A DNA stretch of 64,000 nucleotides from a virus, in the IMG/VR virus record IMGVR_UViG_3300032220_001356, positions 26,726-90,725 of that record; one strand, given 5' to 3'. The notes below the pieces were generated by a model. The model saw only the letters and a program-made list of their open reading frames with translations. It was not told where the DNA came from and did no database searches. The position numbers and the translations under genes were made by a program. Below are positions 58,101 to 64,000 of this stretch, one piece after another; position 1 is the stretch's first letter; each line of letters begins with the position of its first letter.

Positions 58101-58328
58101 GCTTTACTTGAAGTCTCCAATCTTCCTAAGTGCGACACATTATTCTTGGATGAACCTGCTACTGCTTTGGATGACGAACATTTAAATAATTTTTCTAAAA
58201 TTCTTGATACTTTTAAAATGTTTTATAATAGAATAATTCTTATAACCCACATTGATTCGCTTAAAGATTATTGTGACCAAATTATTACTATTGAAAAAAT
58301 AAATGGATATGCCAAGGTAAATATATAA
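55182..58328 (+). CDS. Fused Mre11/SbcD-Rad50/SbcC (gp47-gp46-like) recombination nuclease/ATPase
   Basis: DIH, GD, GNHD, HG, GDIH, YPGS phosphoesterase motifs; GKNYSGKSS Walker A, coiled coil, GSGAE signature, LDEP Walker B, ITH H-loop. Confidence 0.93.
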   Translation: MKIVHVSDIHVKNFKFHKQYNEIFADLYEKVRDIKPDIIINTGDTAHTKLDLSPAYFEMTAKLFENLASIAPLHVILGNHDLNLSNKDRQDAVTPIVEALKNPNIILHKYSKKFNIGDFNFHVLSIVDEENWDLNVDESKVNIALFHGSVEGSQTDMNFTMTHGDIGFDVLEKFDYALLGDIHKTNQSLDFAGRCRYPGSLIQQNHGETNDKGFLVWNIESKENFFVEHVQLNNPYPFCTIELTEDGKIPSNVHVPQNARLRLLSRTNLPAELMKKASDVAKEKFKPESISFLAKNANKSETIMNGKVIAREDLRNPKVQERLISDYLADYKVPEEVLKQVYEINSRYNSQIQATEEVCRNVNWKLKHVEWDNLFNYGEGNSIDFSKLNGVVGIFGKNYSGKSSIIDSILYSIFNTTSKNERKTTNVINQTKSFGKGKAVIEIDDFDYYIDRKAEKYTKKLKGEVSEEAKTELTLNCFDAHSGQWEQMNQLTRTDTDKYIRKMFGTIDDFMLTSFSSQLDSMTFIREGSTRRKEILARFLDLDIFDAKFKMAKEESSNLKGLLKKLEGKEFDSDIVKSETLLDQLNQTINDNAILINEVKSKQADIQATIQDLNNQISECGVESIDIDIVLKQKNKLVQQLDTISTTLSDKNKELEEAQVLFKKINDFVDGFDIKQLKEQKDFISKKQQELKDLHVELSSSNKNIDRLKEKVKLLQEVPCGTQFVYCKFIKDAYNAKMSIPLHEDSLENDKLQYDKLAKEVSEFDITQVNNQISKYDQILVKKNETEKKVLKLEVEINKLENDAKAVENNIVEIEKQIETYKKNNELFEKLDSLNQQLVEAKSEASKVNKQFAKLDEELIDTYIKVGSTKNKIETLKNEKTELDNLRNEFAAYDYYMRCMHPNGISYEIIKKKLPVINAEIAKVLSNIVEFEVFFEDDGTKLNVFIKHPKYDARPIEMGSGAEKTIAAMAIRLALLEVSNLPKCDTLFLDEPATALDDEHLNNFSKILDTFKMFYNRIILITHIDSLKDYCDQIITIEKINGYAKVNI

Positions 58329-58356
58329 CTAATATTATTCGTTTTAGATGACCCTA

Positions 58357-58364
58357 CTATTTAT
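58357..58364 (+). promoter_or_regulatory. Putative late-promoter motif CTATTTAT upstream of the GIY-YIG gene
   Basis: Intergenic; followed by a GAGGA RBS. Confidence 0.55.
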
Positions 58365-58381
58365 TCTGTGAGGAAAAACAA

Positions 58382-59110
58382 ATGAAGTGCGGGGTTTATA
58401 AAATAATAAATAAAATTGATAATAAATTTTATATTGGAAGTAGTATCGATATTGAACAACGATGGTATAAACATAAAAGTTTATTACGCAACAACAAACA
58501 TCCAAACAAACATCTACAAAACGCTTGGAATAAATATGGTGAAATTTGTTTTGAATTTCAAATTATTTGCTTAACAGAAAAAGAAAAACTTTTATTAATC
58601 GAACAAAAATTTATTATACAAACAAATTGTTGTAATAATAAAATAGGATATAATATTTCATATAATACGATTAGTCCAAACCTTGGTAAAAAACTATCTT
58701 TACAAGAAAAGCAAAAAATTAGCGATTCTATGAAAGGCAAAAAACACTCACAAGAAACAAAGGATAAAATTGGTCGTGCTAATAAAAATAAGAAAAGAAC
58801 ACAAGAACAAAAAGATTGTTTGAGCAAAATTAAAAAGCACAATCCTAGCGGTGCAGCAGTTAAAGGTCATAAAAAAACAGAAGAGCACAAAAACAAAATA
58901 AAGAATTTTGCTAAAACTAGAATTGGTACAAAAAATGCAAATTCTAAACTTACTTCTGAGCAAATCCAACAAATTCTTACAGACTTTAATGATAAAGAAA
59001 TTAGTTTAACACAAATAGCAAAAAAATATAATGTTTCTCTTTCTACTATTAAAAGAATAAAATATAATATTAGTGGATATACAAAGGAAAATATTAATGA
59101 ACCAGTTTAA
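58382..59110 (+). CDS. Free-standing GIY-YIG homing endonuclease with NUMOD3 repeats and a C-terminal HTH
   Basis: GVYKI...FYIGSS...R...H, LQNAWNKYG, GYN; HSQETKDKI-type repeats; IAKKYNVSLSTI. Confidence 0.9.
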   Translation: MKCGVYKIINKIDNKFYIGSSIDIEQRWYKHKSLLRNNKHPNKHLQNAWNKYGEICFEFQIICLTEKEKLLLIEQKFIIQTNCCNNKIGYNISYNTISPNLGKKLSLQEKQKISDSMKGKKHSQETKDKIGRANKNKKRTQEQKDCLSKIKKHNPSGAAVKGHKKTEEHKNKIKNFAKTRIGTKNANSKLTSEQIQQILTDFNDKEISLTQIAKKYNVSLSTIKRIKYNISGYTKENINEPV

Positions 59111-59300
59111 TCTTAAAGTAATTGATGTTGTAGATAAGCAAGATGGTACCGCTCTTGTTGCGATTGATATTGATGAACAAACAAGAAACTTCATAAAAAA
59201 CCTATATGGTTGGAAAAGATGGAGTTCTAAGAAGTTTCAGCAGGTACTTTTGCAAGCAATAGATAATTATATTAGTACAACACAAAAAGTGAGGGACTAA
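59097..59300 (+). CDS. Small hypothetical protein
   Basis: AAGGA RBS before the ATG at 59097. Confidence 0.6.
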   Translation: MNQFNLKVIDVVDKQDGTALVAIDIDEQTRNFIKNLYGWKRWSSKKFQQVLLQAIDNYISTTQKVRD

Positions 59301-59498
59301 ATGATGGCTATGTTTAAGCATGGAATAGATAAATTTTTAGATAAAGTAGTATCAAGAAAGTTGCTTGTTTGGCTTACTGCTACTGGATTGCTTGCCTTTT
59401 CTGATCTAGAATCATCAGATTGGGTTTTGATTTCTGCTATTTATATCGGAGGACAATCGGTTGTCGATATAGTCTCAAAGTTTAAGGGTAATGGCTAA
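59301..59498 (+). CDS. Putative holin (two transmembrane helices)
   Basis: SRKLLVW..; two hydrophobic segments; YIGGQSVVD; GAGGG RBS. Confidence 0.6.
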   Translation: MMAMFKHGIDKFLDKVVSRKLLVWLTATGLLAFSDLESSDWVLISAIYIGGQSVVDIVSKFKGNG

Positions 59499-59856
59499 TT
59501 TTATTAAACAAAATTGGAAATTTCTATTGGCAATAGCTTATGCTATATTTGTCCCCTTGTATTTTCATCAATCTGCTAAATCTATCCAAAATTCATTAGA
59601 TATTTCAAGAAATTCCTCAGAAAAACAAATTAATATTTTGCAAAACTCTTTTGATGAACAAGCTAAATATTACGATATGCTTTTACAAGAATATCAAGAT
59701 AAGATGGATGCAGAAGAAGTAAGATATAATCAAGAAATAAATAATATAAAGCTGACACATGAGCAGCAATACAAAGAATTGTCGAAAAGATTTAAAAACG
59801 ATTTATCAACAATTACAGAAGAATTAAAAAAAAGGTATCGTTTAAATGATAAATAA
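59491..59856 (+). CDS. Putative i-spanin-like protein
   Basis: N-terminal TM helix followed by a long coiled coil; overlaps the holin-like gene. Confidence 0.5.
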   Translation: MANFIKQNWKFLLAIAYAIFVPLYFHQSAKSIQNSLDISRNSSEKQINILQNSFDEQAKYYDMLLQEYQDKMDAEEVRYNQEINNIKLTHEQQYKELSKRFKNDLSTITEELKKRYRLNDK

Positions 59857-60256
59857 TTTATTATTACTTGTTGCATTTGCAAACGCACAAGATTTTGTTC
59901 AACTTCAGAAAGGCCAAACAGCGCCATTTTCTGGTACATTGTTTACACCAGAAGCAGTCGCTACAATTATTACTAAACACGATTCTGATGTTGCTATGTG
60001 TCTCGCTGAATCCGAGCATAAATTACAAGAACAAGAAATAAAATGCGAACTTCAAGTACAAAAAATTCAATATGATTTTTCTTCTTACAAAATGACAGCA
60101 GATGCACTTATTGATGAAAAAGACAAAGAACTTGATAAAGCATATGAAATTATAAAAAAACAAACAAAAAACCAAACACCACTTTGGCTTGGAGTTGGTT
60201 TTGCTGCTGGTTTCGCTGCTTCAATAGGAGCGATATATGTCTACAACAATATATGA
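59846..60256 (+). CDS. Exported coiled-coil protein with C-terminal membrane anchor (spanin-partner candidate)
   Basis: Signal peptide ending ANA/Q with no lipobox; Gly/Ala-rich C-terminal TM LWLGVGFAAGFAASIGAIYV. Confidence 0.5.
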   Translation: MINNLLLLVAFANAQDFVQLQKGQTAPFSGTLFTPEAVATIITKHDSDVAMCLAESEHKLQEQEIKCELQVQKIQYDFSSYKMTADALIDEKDKELDKAYEIIKKQTKNQTPLWLGVGFAAGFAASIGAIYVYNNI

Positions 60257-60464
60257 ATTAACAAATAGAGTTGAAGTTAAAACGCCAAAAGGCAAAGGTA
60301 TAATCTGGTTAGTTACAGATTATGGGCATGAAACAGATACAATTTACACAATCATCCAAAATAGTGGTGAATTGTGGCAATGGACACACAAAGATATTAT
60401 AGTAGAACAGAATATTACATTTGGAAGAAAAAATGAAAGACTTGAACCAAATAGTAAAGGTTGA
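60237..60464 (+). CDS. Hypothetical protein
   Basis: AGGAG RBS; 75 aa, beta-rich. Confidence 0.55.
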   Translation: MSTTIYELTNRVEVKTPKGKGIIWLVTDYGHETDTIYTIIQNSGELWQWTHKDIIVEQNITFGRKNERLEPNSKG

Positions 60465-60807
60465 AAAAGCAATCGCACAGAAATATGGCGAAGATGCAAT
60501 TGCTAATCCAAAACATTATTGGAACGAAGAAAAAGAGAAAGCATACATTGAACAACTAAAAGAACTTTCTCAAATTGAAAAAAGAAACGATAAAGACCAA
60601 AAAATTGAAGTAGATGGTATTTTTATTTCTAAAAAACTACTTACTAAAGACACCAATAGGACTTGTCCAATTTGCTCTGTCTATTCTTTTGACTTAAAAG
60701 ATGATTTGTACATGAATCGTTTTGAGTGTTGCCAAAAGTGCTACGTTCAATGGGTCGAAGGAAGAGAAGAAAGATGGAAGACAGGTTGGAGGCCAAATAA
60801 AAAATGA
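60433..60807 (+). CDS. Hypothetical Zn-binding protein
   Basis: CPIC...CCQKC; WVEGREERW..GWRP. Confidence 0.7.
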   Translation: MKDLNQIVKVEKAIAQKYGEDAIANPKHYWNEEKEKAYIEQLKELSQIEKRNDKDQKIEVDGIFISKKLLTKDTNRTCPICSVYSFDLKDDLYMNRFECCQKCYVQWVEGREERWKTGWRPNKK

Positions 60808-61178
60808 AAATTTCTAAATCAAGACTTAAAGAAATAATCCAAGAAGAATTGGATATGTTTCAGTTAGAAGGTCCAGTTGAGGAACCAGAAGAACTTTCTG
60901 GTGATCCAGAATATGAACAAGAAGGCTATATGTCAAAAGCACAATTGTATAAGATTAGCAATTATGCAATGAAACTTCACGATATGATTGAAGGTGACGA
61001 TGACCTTCCAGAGTGGATGCAATACAAAATCTCTGTTATGTCCCAAATGATTGGGGATGTTTTCCACGCACTTGATTACGATATGCAATCTGGATATTTT
61101 GATCAACAACAAGATGAATTACACGGCGAAGAACCAGAATATGATTCTATCGATATGAGCCAAGAAGGATACGAATAA
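60804..61178 (+). CDS. Acidic protein with MKISKSRLKEIIQEEL N-terminal motif
   Basis: ATGA overlap; EGYMSKAQL..DDLPEWMQYKI core. Confidence 0.7.
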   Translation: MKISKSRLKEIIQEELDMFQLEGPVEEPEELSGDPEYEQEGYMSKAQLYKISNYAMKLHDMIEGDDDLPEWMQYKISVMSQMIGDVFHALDYDMQSGYFDQQQDELHGEEPEYDSIDMSQEGYE

Positions 61179-61180
61179 TT

Positions 61181-61732
61181 ATGGCAACCACTTACGAAAT
61201 TATCCAAGGAATTCATCAAGCAGCAGCAAATGCATATGATGGTTCACACGTTGAGAAATATGCATCCGATAGCAAGCAACGCTCTATTGGTCTTAAAAGA
61301 GAAGAAGGCGATCCTATTCTTGATTCAAGAGTTATCGATGGATTCAAGGTAAAGACAAGTGGCAACATGCTTACCATCGTCTACACATCCGATATTAGAT
61401 TGAAAGATGTTTATATGATGAAGGATTTTGAGGGCGAAATGGACGCAACAATCGAAAAGATTGTTTCTTTCTTGAAAAAAGAATACAAAGACATAACAAA
61501 ATCCACACTTTCATTGCAAGCCGTTGGAGATGTAAAAGTTCTTGTACAACCAATATCAAGACAAAGAACATCCGTTGAAGCCAAAAAGCACTACAAAATT
61601 ACAAGCCTTAAGGATGTTGAACCAGTTTCTCCACCTTCCGAGGATATTACAAGAGATATCACAAGAAAGTTTTTAGAATTAGGAAGAGACAAAGCAAAGA
61701 AGCCTACAAACGTAAAGTTTAAAAACGACTAA
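61181..61732 (+). CDS. Hypothetical protein upstream of terminase
   Basis: 183-aa ORF. Confidence 0.7.
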   Translation: MATTYEIIQGIHQAAANAYDGSHVEKYASDSKQRSIGLKREEGDPILDSRVIDGFKVKTSGNMLTIVYTSDIRLKDVYMMKDFEGEMDATIEKIVSFLKKEYKDITKSTLSLQAVGDVKVLVQPISRQRTSVEAKKHYKITSLKDVEPVSPPSEDITRDITRKFLELGRDKAKKPTNVKFKND

Positions 61733-61738
61733 TATGTT

Positions 61739-63325
61739 ATGTATAAACTTACCAAACAACAAGTTCAAGACGAAATATTAAAGTGTGGTAAGAATCCAGT
61801 ATATTTCATAAACACATATTGTAAGATTTCTCACCCCCAACGTGGTCCTATTCCTTTTAGGATGTATCCGTTTCAAGAGGAGGTCGTAAAAGACTTTCAA
61901 GACCACAGATTTAGTGTTATTCTGAAAGCCCGACAACTTGGTTTATCTACCGTAGTTGCGGGCTATATTGCTTGGTTGATGTTGTTTCATCGTGACAAGA
62001 ACGTTTTGGTATTAGCAACCAAACTTTTGTCAGCATCAAACTTAGTTAAGAAAGTTAAATATATTATCAAATCTGTCCCATCGTGGCTTATGATTGCTAC
62101 GGTAACAATTGACAACAGAAATTCATTTGAACTTTCAAATGGTTCCCAAATCAAGTCTTCTGCTACTTCTGGCGATGCTGGTCGTTCCGAAGCCTTGTCC
62201 TTGCTTGTACTGGACGAAGCAGCATTTATTGAAGGTATGCAAGAGCTTTGGACAGGTCTTTATCCTACAATGGCTACTGGTGGTCGTTGTATTGCTATTT
62301 CAACTCCAAATGGTGTAGGTAATTGGTTCCATCAAACTTATATCGATGCTGAATCTTCCGCAAATGAATTTCATCCTATCCGACTACATTGGTCAGTCCA
62401 TCCAGACCGCGACCAAAATTGGTTTGAAAAAGAAACCAAAAACATGGGTAAAAGAGAAATTGCACAAGAATATGAGTGTTCGTTCAATGCGTCTGGTGAA
62501 ACCGTATTAGCAGCAGAAGATTTAGAATATTTATCAACGGCATATGAGGAACCAAAATTAAGAATTGGTTTAGATAGAAACTTGTGGATTTGGAAAGCTC
62601 ATTATGAAAAATGCAAGTATCTTCTAGTTGCAGACGTTGCGAGAGGAGATGGTAAGGACTTTTCAGTATTCCACGTATTAAATCTCGATACAATGGAACA
62701 AGTCGCTGAATATCAAGGTAAGTTGAATATTGACGATTTTGCAATTCTTTTGACCAACACAGGCAGACAATATGGTAACGCTATGATTGTTGTTGAAAAT
62801 AACAATCTTGGATATGCAGTATTGGAAAAGATAATTTCAATTGGATATACGAACATATATTATTCTACCAAAGGATCAACAGAGTTTGTTGAGCAATACG
62901 TAGCACAAGGTATGTCGAATTCAGTTCCCGGTTTTACTACCTCGCACAAATCAAGACCACTAATTATCGCAAAGATGGAAGAATTTATTAGATCCAAAGC
63001 AATAAAAATAAATTCTATTCGTTCGTATAACGAATTGTCAACCTTTATTTGGCATCATGGTAGACCACAAGCAATGGTTGGTTACAATGACGATTTAGTT
63101 TTATCGTTGTCAATTGCTTGTTGGGTTAAAGATACGGTATTCCAAAATGCCACAAAAGATGTTGAATATCAAAAAGCGTTATTGACAGGCATAACAAAAT
63201 CGAATAAGATACTAGATACTAGTATATCTGGTATGATAAGTTACAATCAAAACAACAAATTAGCAGATAAAGTCACGCAACAAAGACAACTACAAAAAGA
63301 CTTTATTTGGATATTTAAAGGATAG
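61739..63325 (+). CDS. terL: Terminase large subunit (T4 gp17-like)
   Basis: YPFQ, KARQLGLST, LVLDEAAF, ISTPNG, QEYEC, ADVARG..DFS, VENN, DDLV. Confidence 0.96.
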   Translation: MYKLTKQQVQDEILKCGKNPVYFINTYCKISHPQRGPIPFRMYPFQEEVVKDFQDHRFSVILKARQLGLSTVVAGYIAWLMLFHRDKNVLVLATKLLSASNLVKKVKYIIKSVPSWLMIATVTIDNRNSFELSNGSQIKSSATSGDAGRSEALSLLVLDEAAFIEGMQELWTGLYPTMATGGRCIAISTPNGVGNWFHQTYIDAESSANEFHPIRLHWSVHPDRDQNWFEKETKNMGKREIAQEYECSFNASGETVLAAEDLEYLSTAYEEPKLRIGLDRNLWIWKAHYEKCKYLLVADVARGDGKDFSVFHVLNLDTMEQVAEYQGKLNIDDFAILLTNTGRQYGNAMIVVENNNLGYAVLEKIISIGYTNIYYSTKGSTEFVEQYVAQGMSNSVPGFTTSHKSRPLIIAKMEEFIRSKAIKINSIRSYNELSTFIWHHGRPQAMVGYNDDLVLSLSIACWVKDTVFQNATKDVEYQKALLTGITKSNKILDTSISGMISYNQNNKLADKVTQQRQLQKDFIWIFKG

Positions 63326-63327
63326 AA

Positions 63328-64000
63328 ATGGCTGATAATAGAAGAAACAAGAACACAAGAAATGAAGAATCGCTACTCTTTAAACAATTGACAAAATTGT
63401 TTTCTGGTCCTCTTGCAAATTATGATCAGCAAACTCAAAGCAGATACAGAAGAACACAGCTTGATAAATTCAAGTTTCAATCTGCTCAAGGATTATCTTT
63501 TAAGAAAGCAGAATATCTTGCTTACGAAAATATATCTACTAAAACTATGCAAGCACAAAATCGTGCTGATAGATATATTGACTTTGACCAAATGGAGTAT
63601 ATGCCAGAGATAGCATCTGCTCTTGATATCTATGCCGATGAAATGACAACAAATAACGAATTAACAGCAATGTTAAAAGTTAAATGTGCAAACGAAGAAA
63701 TTAAGTCTATATTAGAAACTCTTTACTTTAAAACTCTTAACCTTGAATCTAACTTGTTTAGTTGGTCAAGAAATATGTGTAAGTATGGAGATTTCTTCCT
63801 TTATCTTGATATTGATGACAAACTTGGTATTACAAGTGGTATTGGACTTCCAGCAAATCAAGTTGAAAGGATGGAGGGCAAAGACAAAACTAATTCTAAT
63901 TATGTTCAATTCCAATGGAATTCTGGTGGTTTAACATTTGAAAACTGGCAAATTGCACATTTTAGAATTCTTGGAAATGACAAACACTCACCATACGGAA
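63328..64000 (+). CDS. Portal protein (T4 gp20-like), 3'-truncated; absent from the ORF track
   Basis: Translates MADNRRN...DQMEYMPEIASALDIYADE...WSRNMCKYGDFF...IAHFR...PYG; open to the window end. Confidence 0.9.
   Translation, partial: MADNRRNKNTRNEESLLFKQLTKLFSGPLANYDQQTQSRYRRTQLDKFKFQSAQGLSFKKAEYLAYENISTKTMQAQNRADRYIDFDQMEYMPEIASALDIYADEMTTNNELTAMLKVKCANEEIKSILETLYFKTLNLESNLFSWSRNMCKYGDFFLYLDIDDKLGITSGIGLPANQVERMEGKDKTNSNYVQFQWNSGGLTFENWQIAHFRILGNDKHSPYG

Noticed and set aside
58341-58379. RBS-sequestering hairpin before the GIY-YIG gene
   Set aside because: Only weak, interrupted pairing (GTTTT/AAAAC, CCT-AC/GT-G-AGG); at most a degenerate version of the other three.
1-64000. Short minus-strand and nested ORFs in the track (e.g. 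4964-5338, 10833-11180, 47995-48576)
   Set aside because: They are antisense shadows of well-supported + strand genes, with no RBS or motifs; 47995-48576 mirrors a Pro/Thr-rich tract that lacks reverse-strand stops.
1-64000. Stop-codon reassignment, as in some large phages
   Set aside because: Long conserved ORFs are intact in code 11, and TAG (563, 16584, 63325) and TGA (9516, 11905) end genes at expected positions.
1-64000. tRNA, rRNA, CRISPR array, intron or intein
   Set aside because: Intergenic gaps are under ~85 bp with no cloverleaf or repeat-spacer pattern; terminase, primase and Rad50 motifs are uninterrupted.

Overview
A 64-kb, AT-rich, gene-dense segment of a large T4-like (myovirus-type) bacteriophage genome. 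Essentially all genes are on the + strand, many are coupled by ATGA/TAATG overlaps, and the genetic code is standard. Gene order: PhoH (5'-truncated), HExxH protein, Cas4-like exonuclease, HNH endonuclease; a ~16-kb glycan-biosynthesis island (GT4, GT4-GT2, GT47-like, GT10, GT25, GT4, then SIS isomerase, transaldolase, GHMP kinase and a HAD-nucleotidyltransferase fusion, then an epimerase, three methyltransferases, Fcl, Gmd and a Ugd-like protein); a sigma factor; ~30 kb of baseplate/tail genes (hub-lysozyme, spike, gp25, gp6, a 2927-aa LamG protein, paralogous tail proteins); RuvC, a J-domain protein, primase, a fused Mre11-Rad50 and a GIY-YIG endonuclease; a holin/spanin-like trio; the large terminase and the portal (3'-truncated). 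The best candidate for an undescribed system is phage-autonomous virion glycosylation: the island includes a possible lincosamide-like NDP-octose/heptose pathway, and a hydrophobic-[ST]-[GAS]-[ST] motif is dense in virion proteins but nearly absent from the enzymes. Other signals: a (C/A)TA(T/A)TTA late-promoter motif often 3-4 nt before ATG (leaderless mRNAs); promoter-in-hairpin switches upstream of three nuclease genes; apparent avoidance of YCAGG/CCTGR across the window; and a 15-kb GATC-free stretch matching the glycan island. All family calls are from motif recognition by eye and all counts are hand counts; no searches were run.
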